From the NCBI RefSeq assembly GCF_018350175.1, contig NC_058373.1:117058001-117122000 (forward strand): a stretch of DNA of 64,000 nucleotides. Direction: 5' to 3'. This stretch comes from Felis catus. Taxonomy: Eukaryota. A program made the position numbers and the translations under genes. Below the pieces are notes generated by a model. The model saw nothing but the letters and a program-made list of their open reading frames with translations, was not told the DNA's origin and ran no database searches. This document shows, one piece after another, positions 1 through 11,864 of the stretch (position 1 is the stretch's first letter; every line of letters begins with the position of its first letter).

Positions 1-520
1 TGGATGGCCTGGAAGTATCTACCTACTTATTTCCTGTTAGGTAAAGATAAAGAAATAGCCTTACTGGTTAGAGCCTGTCACCTATGCATGATGTGATTTG
101 CAGCCCCAAGCATCCTATACCAATAATTAAAATGGATTTTCAAGTTTACCTGCTTGAATTGAACTATTAGAACGTGTGGTGACCAAAACACCACTGTGTC
201 GGTGAGAAAGCTTTCTGCGGCAAGTAATTCCAAGTCCCGACTCCTGCTGGCTCAGCAGAGGGAGGTTTATCACCTTGTGTAACAGGGATAACAGAGTGGG
301 GCAGGCCCCCCGGTGGTACACATACCCTGGCTGTCCTTCTCTGAGTCTCTCCTGTCCCATTCTCCTTGTGGGTGGGTTTGGTCCTCAGGCCAGTTGACTG
401 CCAAGTTCTAGGCCCAGGGGAAGAAGGGGGATTGTCTATTCCTGTGTTTCTTCGGAGAAGCGAGGAGAGGTTCTTTGTCAGCCATGGTCCATATTTATCC
501 TTTCCTAAGTCAGTCGTTGG
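1..520 (-). mobile_element. Possible highly decayed LTR-retroelement internal fragment (ERVL/Gypsy-like protease region)
   Basis: Minus-strand frames give ...HSVIP... and ...IIGI(D)...VR(A)I-like remnants across frameshifts, reminiscent of ERVL protease; no intact ORF. Confidence 0.3.
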
Positions 521-882
521 CAATGGGAGTTGGGTTCCTACAATCCTTCTATGGGCTTCTATGGGCTAGGGGGTGGAGGGGAAGAACGTAAGAAAACCCA
601 CACAAGGACCAACTCCACTTTTCTTATCTTTTTGCTTCTTGGAGATTTTTCACGGGCTCTGGTGAGCTTGTTTTCCACTCTGAGAACCCTAACTGATCAT
701 TTTTTTTTTTTTTTCTCTTCTAGCTTGGCTTTGAGCCTTCACTCACTCAGGTGCCTCCCAGCTGACAAGGGTTTCTTTCCTTTTACCAGTTGGTTTCTCT
801 TAAAAGAATCAATTCTTTTTGTTTCTGGATCCCTAAGGCCCCGATTATAAAACAGGTGTTGTATTTTAAAACACAATGTGTA

Positions 883-1090
883 GGGGCGCCTGGGTGGCGC
901 AGTCGGTTAAGCGTCCGACTTCAGCCAGGTCACGATCTCGCGGTCCGTGAGTTCGAGCCCCGCGTCAGGCTCTGGGCTGATGGCTCAGAGCCTGGAGCCT
1001 GCTTCCAATTCTGTGTCTCCCTCTCTCTCTGCCCCTCCCCCATTCATGCTCTGTCTCTCTCTGTCCCCCCCCCCCAAAAAAAAAAACGTT
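883..1090 (+). mobile_element. Can-SINE (young SINEC_Fc type)
   Basis: tRNA-derived head GGGGCGCCTGGGTGGCGCAGTCGGTTAAGCG, (CT)n tract, A tail; TSD AAAACACAATGTG at 868-880 and 1091-1103 at a TTTT/AAAA site. Confidence 0.97.
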
Positions 1091-1569
1091 AAAACACAAT
1101 GTGATACCAATGTCTTCACAGGAAAAAAAAAAAAAGAATCTAGACAGACGCGCTAGTGTTTTTAGAGTTAAAAATGTTTCACTTGCATTTGTTCTTCTGC
1201 TTGAACATATCTTTATGCTCACAAAGAAAACAGGTACCACGCCTTTAAGAGTAGCTCCCTGTCAGATTTTAAAACTGATACAAAGTTACTTGAGGAATAA
1301 GAGCAATGAAATGTGAAGCGACTTTTATCTGACGACAACGTGGGGATTCAACTTGGAGGAGATAAGTTAGTAGAGGAGAGAAATGTGAGGTTTACACCCT
1401 TTCCTCATTTGATGGAAGAAGCCCTGGTCTTCTATTACCCCTCACGGCACCTTCGCTTGTATTCATGTGTACCGGATTAACCACCAAAGACTTGTTTTGT
1501 ACCTGGTTTCTGCTGCTTTTAGTCAGAGAGATACCCGTGAATCCCTTGTGTGAATTGTGAGCCAGCTGT

Positions 1570-2035
1570 AGCTGTTTCGGCCATTGTTATGAGACTACCC
1601 AGAACCCCATTCCTCCCTTCGTCCACCCTAATAGGACCTGTGTCCACCCTCCCGTATAGCCTGTGCTACTGGGAGAATCTGATGCCACTCTTGACTTTCG
1701 GGTGGGATTGAAGCAGTCAGCACGTCTGCCATCATTGGTTCAGGGGCAGACATGGGATGGGCAGAGTCCAATCAGGGTGAATCTCAAGATTTGGTTGCTT
1801 AGAATGTCACAGCAGGCACATTCTGTCTCCTTCTGCGGTGTGTGGGTGTGTGTTCAGTGCTGCTCACACCATGGAAGGTCAAGCAGAGACACTGAAAACA
1901 AAACAAAACAAAAGCAGATGGAAAGAAACTGAATCAAGCCAGGCCTGAGGCCTGACCCGGCTCTGGACCTTCCAGTGACATGGGCCAAGAAATCTTTCTT
2001 GTTGATTGAGTTTTCCATTAGCCACTTAAAGGGCC
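1570..2035 (+). mobile_element. MaLR LTR remnant (MLT1-like)
   Basis: 3' end CTCTGGACCTTCCAGTGACATGGGCCAAGAAATC resembles an MLT1 terminus. Confidence 0.6.
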
Positions 2036-2215
2036 CTGCAGATGGAAGAAGCTGCCCTCAAGAAATTTCTGGTAAATAGGCCTCTGAGTTTTCCTCAAGG
2101 CAAACAAGTTTGATTGCTCAAGAAAGGAGGGGGAAACGAATCCTTTGTGTTTTGAGCACTGGGAAGAAAATTAGCCTGATTTCAAGTGTATTGCCCCAGG
2201 CCTGGGAGACAGCCA

Positions 2216-2745
2216 TGTTGTAGGAATTCTCCGGAGGCTGAGCCTATAACAGCACTCCAACCGGTCTTAAGGGTTAACTTGCTTCAAGCTTACCGGCTCT
2301 GGCTTTCTGACCTTACTCCCTTGATCTGTAGCAGAACTAACTGACTTTCTTTGAGATTTGCAGGCCACTGGCCTTGAGGCGTGAAGGGCTCAACTCTCCC
2401 AGAAGATAAAGCCTGACTACAATTCAAAAACAGCTGCCGCTGATGCGGGCAAGTCTGTTCCGGGTCATGGGTCACGGCGACGTACGACTAACCACCTGGG
2501 CACCCGCTTCTCTTGCACGTAGCCCCCCCCCCCCCCCCCCGTTCCCACGCCTTCATCTTTAAAGCCCTCTGGTTTCCCCCCAGGATGAGGAAGAGGGTCT
2601 TTGAGGCATTCGCCCGCCATCTTCCTAGGTTGCCAGCTTCCTGCATAAAGCAAACTTTCCTTTCCCACCACCACTTGTCCTTTGAATATCAATTTTTGAG
2701 TGGTGAGCAGCTGAGCCTGAGTTTGGAGCCTGTTCTCTGGTAATA
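2216..2745 (+). mobile_element. ERV1-type solo LTR
   Basis: TATA-like CTTTAAAGCC, polyA-like CATAAAGC, U5 end GGTGAGCAGCTGAGCCTGAG...GGTAATA; 5' boundary uncertain. Confidence 0.6.
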
Positions 2746-2964
2746 GGCCCACACATTTAGACACAGCACCGCTGTGGTGTGGGGTCTCTCATGGACCTCG
2801 AAGAGCAGGCCCCTGAAGGAACTAGGTAACTAAGGTGTCGAAGGATGGGACAAGCCTGGCAGCATGGCCATGGAGGCACCTGCCGGCCCGGTCAGGAGGC
2901 TGGTCTGTGTCTTGGGTCAGCAGGGCAGGGCAAAGAGGGAGGACCCGCGATCCACAGTCACGCT

Positions 2965-3082
2965 GTTTGTGAAAATGCAGATTCTCAGGACATAGCCACT
3001 AAAGCCACTGAATCAGGATCTGGGGACAGGCATTTCGAGAAGCATCCCAGCTTATTTTGAGGTGAGTACCATTGAGAACCCA
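2965..3082. mobile_element. MER5-like hAT DNA transposon remnant
   Basis: AAAATGCAGATTCTCAGG...CTGAATCAG...TTGAGAACC motifs. Confidence 0.5.
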
Positions 3083-3549
3083 TGCCTGAAGCGTGCGCAG
3101 GGGATTAAGCGGAGGAATCTCAGTTCAGTTGTCCCCTCCAGGCAGGAAAATGGTGAAAATAGGCGGCAAGAAAGCCCAGGGTCAGGTTCCAGCCAATCCA
3201 GAAATAGGATGCCCTAGGTGGTCAGGTTGGGAGGTATGCCCCTGGGTCAGGCCTAACATCCAGAGCCAGGATGAATCTTCAAGTGGTTTAGAGCTAATTA
3301 CCAATGCTGCTGGCATCACGACAATCTTCAGTGCTACAAATGGCCTTAGACACATATTGGATTGTCCTGCCAGCTTTGATGTGTGGAGATGTGGGGTTGT
3401 GGGCAAGTAGACCCTGATGCTGTCAGAGCACCCCTCGCCTGTGTTGGGGGTCACATAGTCCAAGTGATAGGCCTCATCACAGAGAGGGTGCTGGGTTGAT
3501 GTCACATACCCTCTTCTCCTGCCTCTGCTTTCAAAAGTATACATTATAT

Positions 3550-3778
3550 GGGCATCTGGGTGGCTCAGTCTGTTAAGTGTCCGGCCCTTGATTTCGACTC
3601 AGGTCATGATCTCATGGTTTGTGAGTTCAAGCCCTGCATCAGGCTCCACGTGGATAATGTGGAGCCTGCTTGGGATCCTCTCTCCTCTGTCCCCTCCCTC
3701 TCTTCTCTGCCCCTCCCCAACTTGTGGGCGTGTGCTCTCTCCCTCAATAAATAAACTTCAAAAAATGCATTAAAAAAA
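3550..3778 (+). mobile_element. Can-SINE (older subfamily)
   Basis: Diverged head, CT tract and A tail; TSD AAAAG(T/A)ATACATTATA. Confidence 0.93.
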
Positions 3779-5068
3779 GAATACATTATAGCAGCTTGGC
3801 AGGGAAGAGATTTTCAGCACCGCTCTCCAAATGGGGACAGAAGTACTGAATGATTAGACTTCACCAAGGTCAAGCAACAGGGATTTGGGAGAAATGGAAA
3901 CCACAGTGGTTTCTACCTGTGACCCCGGGAGCCCTCATGGTCAGTAGAAGTCATGGCCTGGGCAGCAGAGCCCCATGTGGCCCAGCTGTTCCTTCTATTA
4001 TTATGTTAGTTCTGAGTGTTCTTCAGCTAAAAAAGCAATACCAATCAAACAAGTGCAAAAACTCTGAAAACAAGTGAAAAACTTCCCATGAGGAAGAAAG
4101 CAGGGCAGGAACCGGGAGAGCTGAGTTCTGTTCCAGCTGTAATCTTTGCTCAGTGCTTCTTGCTTCTCTCTGGACCCGTTTCCTCATCTGCAGAATAAGC
4201 TGCAGCCTCACTGCAGATGTTAGCACGCGGGACTTCTAAGGTCAGGTGTCTTCTTGTCAATTCCAGCCTCTCTCATAGAAGGCCAACTTGGAAAACGCTT
4301 TAACCGAACGCTGTGTGGTGTGGTTCTTAGATTTTGCAGCTTGACTCTCTCCCATTTGGGAAACCCGTCTCGTGTTTACCAACACAGTGCAATTAAAGAA
4401 TGAGGCTGCACTCACCGTTTACAGGCTTGTTTCCATTTTTTCCATTTGCGACACTAAATCAGTTGCTGAGCCCTGATCCCATGAAAGGATTAGCTAATAG
4501 ATTCCTTCTCTTAATTTCCCCTGATTTTAGAGGTCTCCCAAGAGAACGAAAATGCATAGTTTATTGGGATGGGGTTTTACTGCCGAAATCTTTTACTTTT
4601 TAATTGCGAGGAAAGAGATACAAACAGACCTGGTTTACCCAAAATAATTTTGTGTTCCCATTTGAGTTTGAGATAGTAGTTAAAAAAAAATCTCCTACTT
4701 AAAAATACTCTCTCGGGATAAATATTTATGTGTGTATATTTTCCTAAACCTTGATCTTTTTCCATTACGTAAAATAGTTTTCATTCCTGGTATGCAATTC
4801 TATTAAACAACCTATCATCTCAAAACTAAGCATGCTACTAATTTCCCTGGGGATTAGTTTTTAATCTTCATTTTAGCCAATTGTTCTATTTCTTAGAGAT
4901 AATATAATTTTATTGCATTTTAAGATATATATTTAAACAAAAGGCAAATATTATACATGGTAAGTGGGAACGGGGTTGGGTTACTATGATAAAGGTTTGT
5001 TTGAAACCTACCTGGGGTACAGGACAGCTCTGGCTTCTAGACAGTTACATTTAAAGTATTCAAATTCT

Positions 5069-5290
5069 GGGGCACCTGGGTGGCTCAGTCGGTTAAGTGG
5101 CCAACTTCGGCTTAGGTCATGATCTCACGTCTTGTGAGTTCGAACCCCGCATCAGGCTCTGTGCTGACAGCTCAGAGCCTGGAGTCTGCTTTGGATTCTG
5201 TGTCTCCCTCTCTCTCTCTGCCCCTCCCCTACTCTCATTCTGTCTCTCTCTCCCAAAAATTAATAAACATTAAAAAATATATAAAATAAA
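5069..5290 (+). mobile_element. Can-SINE
   Basis: Head, CT tract, tail; TSD core TAAAGTATTC. Confidence 0.95.
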
Positions 5291-7008
5291 GTATTCCGTT
5301 TCTTCTCCTCTTCTTGGTTAAAGAGTAATTTTTCTTTTCCCCAGAAAAGGAGGTTCCTAACAAAATTACACGTGACCCACCCCAGTGCTGGGATAAATAG
5401 GAAAGAGACAAGGACCCATTTCCTTTGTGGTCGTGCTCCCAGAGAAGGTTGGGGAACTCCAGATATGGAGTGGATTCTGTCATCTGTGGCTTGTAAATCC
5501 TCCAGAGTTGCTCCCAACTTCACAGCTGAGCCTCAGAAGTGGAGAAGAATGAGGGCTGGTTCTTCCCGTCGCTTGTCCCGATTTTTCTAGAGTGAGTGCA
5601 TGCATGGGCGAGGGCAGGCCCTCTCCGCCTCCTCTCTAGGGTGGGAGTCCTCGAACTCTAAGCTGTATCTGAACCACCCGAATTAATCAGAGTGCGTGGT
5701 ACCTCACTGTTTTTTAGCCCCATTGTATGTTTCTGATTCAACAGAATTTTGGGGATGAGAAACCCGAGTTTTAACCTGCATGTCACCAAGATGTACGTGC
5801 GTTAGTGAAGTTTAGTGAACAGATAAGCAGGCAGTTAGTTAATATTTGAAGTATCCTAGTCAGGAGTGCCTAATTCTAGGAGTAGTTAGGGAGTTTCTAG
5901 AGACTCTCATCTGAAGCTCGTGTGTGCGAGGGGGTGGGCTTACTAAACACAGTAACCTAAACATGGCTTCAGTTATCCATATCCCATCAACACCAGAGGA
6001 TTTGTTCATTAGCACAATGCACATCAGAAATATTTTTCATGGGTGAAATCAGTGGGACTCAAAGTATGTAGCAAGGCCAGAAATATGGCACAGGTAGCGC
6101 AGCTTTGCATGAACAGGATGAATTAATTGTTCTAGGTTTAGGAAAACCTGATAGTTCAGACCAAGGGCTTTGCAATCTGTCACCCCTAGGGCTGAGGAGA
6201 ACGGGAGGCTGAGGTGCTGATTGATCTGTGCTGGTGGTTAACATGCCCAAGACAGCTCAGCAGCATTATCATCCAGACCAAAAGAAATTTGGGAATTACC
6301 TTTAATTACTGTTGTGGTCCCAGTTTGCTGTGCGGTAAGCATGCTCCTTATAAATAAGGAAAGTTGAGATATCAACAGTGTGGCGAAGGTCGGTATGGAA
6401 GACAAACCCCAACACGGAACCACCGAGGGTGGGGGCTGGTGAGGAGGGCTGATAGTTGAGTGTACACGATGCAGCTGAGGTCTACTGCAGAGAAAGGGGG
6501 GACATGAAGACTTCCTCAGGCAAGGAGGTCAGAATGGAGAGAAATAGGAATAAGAAGGCATTTTGAGTTAATTGAAAAGAACTCTGAGATATTTCTTATA
6601 AATCGTTCTCATGAATGGAGAAAAGATCAACTTGGGGCAATTGCTCTTAGAATAGCGTTTCTGGTCAGGGTATTTTAAATGCTAATTACTTGCTTGGATG
6701 TATATTAAATACGAGCAAGTAAATACCAATGGGCACACTTATATCTCACTCAGATGCAGGTTAAAATCCCTTAGTTCCTGGTGCTCCAGCTGGAAGCCTC
6801 ATAAGAAAGACTAGAACAGTGATTTTCAGGGGGAGGGGAAGGCCCATGGGTTTGTATCAGGACATGTGCGTGTGTATGAGTATGTGTAATTAACACAAAC
6901 CACATGCTTGGAGAAGTCTTCCAATCTTGAACTTGCTTTGCTGTCTGCAGACGCTGTCACTGCTACAGGAAATTCTCGAGGTTCCATGACTTTAAATTCC
7001 ACCTATTT

Positions 7009-7252
7009 AAAAAAAAATGTTTATTTATTTATTTTTGAGAAAGAGAGAGAGAGTGCATGCACGCAGGGGCAGGGGGAAGGGCCGAGAGACAGTGCGACAG
7101 AAAATCCCAAGCAGGCTCAGGCTGCCTCAGTCAGCACAGAGCCCGACACTCTGGAACACAGCCTGGAACTCACCAACTGTGAGATGGTGACCTCACTCCT
7201 GATCAGAAATCAAGAGTCGGTTCCTTAATGGACTAAGCCACCCAAGTGCCCC
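7009..7252 (-). mobile_element. Can-SINE
   Basis: Reverse-oriented; TSD TAAATTCCACCTATTT at 6993-7008 and 7253-7268. Confidence 0.93.
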
Positions 7253-7654
7253 TAAATTCCACCTATTTTTACATCCATAACCCTGATCCCCCAAAGTACC
7301 GCAGAAGCCCCCAGCAGATTATCCATCAAGTCTCATTGGTCATAACTCTACAACATAGCCACAGAAATGGAACTAGCATGAGTAGTTTAGTCTAATAAAG
7401 ATCCACTCTGGTGGGAGTGGTATTAGGTCTTCTTAGTTATAGCTGCCAGAAGGGGGGTGGGGAAGTCAGCAAAGAAGAAGGAGAGAGTAGAGGAGGGGTC
7501 AAGGATGGGTATGGCTTGGGAATGGGTTTGGTAGACAACCGTGTCTGTTACGGTCTATTTTTATGTTCTATCTATCAGTAAAGTTCAAGTGGGTCATGTC
7601 CTCCTGGGAGAATAGCATATCAGAAGCGTGATACTTATCAAAAGAACAGCTGGT

Positions 7655-7940
7655 ATGGATAAACAAAATGTGGTATATCCATATAATGAAAACACCACTT
7701 GGCAGTAAAAATGAATGGACTCTTGCTACATGCCCCATCACGGATGGATCTCAAAGGCATGACAAGAAGCCTGACACAGGATGACTGTACTGTATGATTT
7801 TGTTTATATGACATTATGGAAAAGGCAAAACCATAGGGATAGAAAACAGACCAGTGGCTGCCTACTAGGGGTAAAGGGAGGTGACTGGCTACAAAGGAGA
7901 AAGAAGGAACTTTTGGGGGGATGATTAAAATGTTCTAGAG
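7655..7940 (+). mobile_element. Old L1 (L1M) 3' fragment
   Basis: GGATAAACAAAATGTGGTATATCCAT...GGATGGATCTCAAAGGCAT...GAAAAGGCAAAACCATAGGG typical of an L1M 3' end. Confidence 0.8.
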
Positions 7941-8939
7941 ATTAAAGAGAAAACTACTGCTGGGTCTTGGGGGATGGTGGGAAAAGGGACAACATTTATT
8001 GCAGGAAAATTCATTTTGAGCAGAGGATACAGTTCTGTTATCTTGAGAAACAGGGCCACCTGTCCAGGCTTTGGTTTGGACAAATGGCACAAATTTCATT
8101 TCTATGTTCTTTAGAATGTCAATGAGGAGTTGGCAAACACAAGATTCTGAAGAGGGCTGAGGATACCCTTTGAGCTGAGCTCTGGTTCTTGAACACCTGC
8201 AAAAGGCCTTTGAATTAAAATAAGGTTCTCCTTAAGAAGAAGGCTTTGCTATGTTTTACAGAGGTTGCTATGTGTTCAATTTCAATGTTCTTGCTTTTGG
8301 GGGCTACCTGTGGTCTTAGGTGACTGGGACTTTTGATAGAGTTTGTAACTGACAGATTTTGCCTCAGTAAGGGATCCTTCTTATTGAAGTACCTGCCTTA
8401 CCATTTACCATTTACCTAAACAAACATGCCTGTAACTGAATTTGATAAGCTGGGAATCCCAGCACCTAGCAGCAGAGGATTGGGGGAAGGGTGAAGAATA
8501 AATATTTTTAGTTGAGGGGACCTGTCCAAGATTTCAAGTCCTATCACATGAGCAGCTGCCTATTCTGTGACAATTCTGACCACAACCTCTGGATGGTAGT
8601 GTCTGAAATAATGTCTATGAGGTGATCTGATGAGGACGCTTGGTCCAAACAATTGGTGTGAACAGAATCCCATGGTTATTTTGGGAGCTGTCGTAGGTTT
8701 TAAAAAACTTGTCGTTGATGTAAATTTTCTCCCATGTGTATTGGTTATATATATACACCTCCCTGCATCTCTATTATTAAGCATGGGGCCTTTGTAAATC
8801 CACATTCCACTCTGACCAAACACTACTTCTGAGTTTCAGACATCACCATTCCAGCATCATGACATAAACACATCCATCCCCAGACACACAATTTTTAAAA
8901 TTGCGGATTAAGTGCTAAACTATCATCATGAATTGCATG

Positions 8940-9440
8940 GCCTTTTCCTGAGAAAGAGACTATGCAATTAGTAATAAGAAAAATGCTGGGCATTCTATGA
9001 AAGAAGCATCCCACAGGCTGTGGGTCAGTCACAAACTGTCAGAGGAGGTAACTGAGAATACATGACCACTGGTCGACCCTCGAGCTGGATCTGGGCAACT
9101 GGAGGCCTCTCATTCCTCCAGTATGTTTGGAATGTATGTTTTGCCCACTGTTCCTGCACTAGGAGCCATTTAAAGGATGAAGCTTTGTGAGAGTAATGCG
9201 TGGTTGAGACCATCTGAACTGGATATGTGGACTGGACCCTGTTGAGGCCTCTGCATGAACTTTAAGATTCTGGCAGGTGGGTGTGGAGATCTACTCATCT
9301 TGTGGCTGGCTGCTCAAGACAAGCCTTGTATGTGAGTTCCCTTGCTTATTAAAATTGTCACCTACAAATCTAGAATGTCTGTCTCTTTTCTGAGTCGCCT
9401 TGCCCTCCATTCATAGAGGACAATTTGCAAACCAATGCAA
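8940..9440 (+). mobile_element. ERVL-type solo LTR (MER54/MER74-like)
   Basis: GGAGATCTACTCATCTTG...CAAGACAAGCC...GTTCCCTTGCTTATTAAA recognised as an ERVL LTR 3' half. Confidence 0.6.
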
Positions 9441-9525
9441 ATTTTTGTTCAAAAGCAGATTCCCTGATCCCCTCGCTAGAAATTTCAACTGAGGTCTGAG
9501 GTGGGGTTCAAGAATCTTTATTGCT

Positions 9526-11010
9526 GTCTCTTCAGCAAGTGGTGCCGGGAAAACTGGACAGCGACATGCAGAAGAATTAACCTGGACCATTTTCTTACAC
9601 CATACACAAAAATAAACTCAAAATGGATGACAGACCTAAATGTAAGACAGGAAGCCATCAAAATCCTTGAGAAGAAAGCAGGCAAAAACCTCTTTGACCT
9701 TGGCCGCAGCAACTTCTTACTCAACACGTCTCCGGAGGCAAGGGAAATGAAAGCAAAAATGAACTATTGGGACCTCATCAAAATAAAAAGCTTATGCATA
9801 GTGAAGGAAACAGTCAACAAAACTAAAAGGCAACCGACGGAATGGGAGAAGATATTTGCAAGCAACATATCAGATAAAGGGTCAGTATCCAAAATCTGTT
9901 AAGAACTTATCAAACTCAACACCCAGAAAACAAATAATCCAGTGAAGAAATGAGCAAAAGACATGAATAGACACTTCTCCAAAGAAGACCTCCAGATGGC
10001 CAACCGACACATGAAACGATGCTCAACATCACTCATCATCAGGGAAATACAAATCAAAACCACAATGAGAGGGGCGCCTGGGTGGCTCAGTCGGTTGAGC
10101 TTCCGACTTCGGCCCAGGTCACGATCTCACCGTCTTGAGTTCAAGCCCCGCGTCGGGCTCTGTGCTGACAGCTTAGAGCCTGGAGCCTGCTTTGGATTCT
10201 GTGTCTCCCTCTCTCTCTGACCCTCCCCCACTCATGCTCTGTCTCTCTCTGTCTCAAAAATAAAATAAAAACATTAAAAAAATTAAAAAAAAAAAACCAC
10301 AATGAGATACCACCTTATACCTGTCAGAATAACTAACATTAACAACTCAGGCAACAACAGAGAAAGGATCTCTTTTGCACTGCTGGTGGGAATGCAAACT
10401 GGTACAGCCACTCTGGAAAACAGTATGTAGGTTCCTCAAAAAATTAAAAATAGAACTCCTCTCCGACCCAGCAATTGCACTACTATGTATTTATCCAAGG
10501 GATACAGGTACGCTGTTTCAAAGGGACACATGCACCCCCATGTTTATAGCAGCACTATCAACAATAGCCAAAGTATGGAAAGAGCCCAAATGTCCATCAA
10601 TAGATGAATGGATAAAGAAGATGTGGTACATATATACAATGGAGTATTACTCGACAATCAAAAAGAATGAAATCATTTACAACTACGTGGATGGAACTGG
10701 AGGGTATTATGCTAAGTGAAATTAGTCAGTCAGAGAAAGACAAATACCATATGACTTCACTCATATGAGGACTTTAAGATACAAAACAGATGAACATAGG
10801 GAAGGGAAGCAAAAATAATATAAAAACAGGGAGGGGGACAAAGAGACTCTTAAATATGGAGAACAAACAGAGGGTTACTGGAGGGGTTGTGGGAGGAGGG
10901 ATGGGCTAAATGGGTAAGGGGCATTAAGGAATCTACTCCTGAAATCATTGTTACACTATATGCTAACTTGGATGTAAATTAAAAAAAAATAAACAAAAAT
11001 TAAAAAAAAA
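9526..11010 (+). mobile_element. 5'-truncated carnivore/felid L1 (ORF2 3' end, 3'UTR, polyA)
   Basis: ORF2 peptides [21 protein letters not shown] and [15 protein letters not shown] tail; perfect 16-bp TSD AAGAATCTTTATTGCT at 9510-9525 and 11011-11026. Confidence 0.97.
10071..10292 (+). mobile_element. Can-SINE nested in L1
   Basis: TSD AAAACCACAATGAGA at 10056-10070 and 10293-10307. Confidence 0.97.
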
Positions 11011-11864
11011 AAGAATCTTTATTGCTAAGTTTCATAAATGCCTCAGGCAATATGGATACTGTGGCCTTCAAGCCACCCCTTGAGAAAGACCCTTTTAAAA
11101 ATAGCCAGGAAATTAATTTTCTGTCAAGATTGAACAGGAGGCAAAATTTGTCCAGAATCTTTTTTCCTTTTATTGTCAAAGTGCAAAGTAAATAGCCCTT
11201 AATTCTCAGGAAAAGAAAAGACTACATTAAGAGTGAGGAAGAGAAAATGTGGGGGTCTGAGGAAAAGCATCATGAGCTGTCAACTGTCACAAAGTCACAG
11301 TCCTAGGAAGTAGGCCACAGGGTGCCAAGTCTCATCTCCTCTGCAAATCGACTGCCACGCACACACGCACCAAATGCACTGACACTAACCAACCATATTT
11401 TCCCATCGTCACCTGCCAGTGTAGTCATCGCAACTAAATTGCCAGCTTGTTTTTGTTCTGTTCACTTTGTCACCCAGTTTGAGAGCTACACCACGATCAA
11501 TTCTATTGCATACTTCCCTGCAACTCCTCACTGGGTAATGAGGTCATCAAAAGATTTAGGAGTTTACCTATAAATGTATTTTATTTTATACTTTAGAGGA
11601 GTTTGGGGGAAAGATTCTTGTACACAGCATGGCCTTCATAAATGATGGCTGAGCGAATGAATGAAATGTTGGGCCGAATCCCATTATTGTGTATATTCAC
11701 AAAATAGTAGATCAAATCATATTTTCAGTACAGCTAACAGTGAGCTGAGTCTTAAAACCCACAGTGAACACTTTTGAAAGTGCAGATTATTTTCTGTTGT
11801 TATTTTATTGTTTTTGTTTTTTTGTTAAGGAGAACAATTATATCTTGATACATTTGGGACATGT

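Larger units (their letters stand above)
9450..11090. mobile_element. MER5-like element split by an L1 insertion
   Basis: GCAGATTCCCTG...GGTCTGAGGTGGGG..CAAGAATC left of the L1 continues as ..CCTCAGG..ATACTG..CCACCCCTTGAGAAA on the right. Confidence 0.55.

Noticed and set aside
883..965. tRNA-like A/B boxes (TGGCGCAGTCGG; GTTCGAGCC)
   Set aside because: These are SINE heads followed by a CT tract, A tail and TSD, not tRNA genes
790..1240. Recurring ORFs such as GAPGWRSRLSVRL and MAQSVKRPTSAQVMISR throughout the window
   Set aside because: They are translations of Can-SINEs, not a gene family
9501..10719. L1 ORF2-like peptides as host genes or an active element
   Set aside because: 5'-truncated, with stops, frameshifts and a SINE insertion
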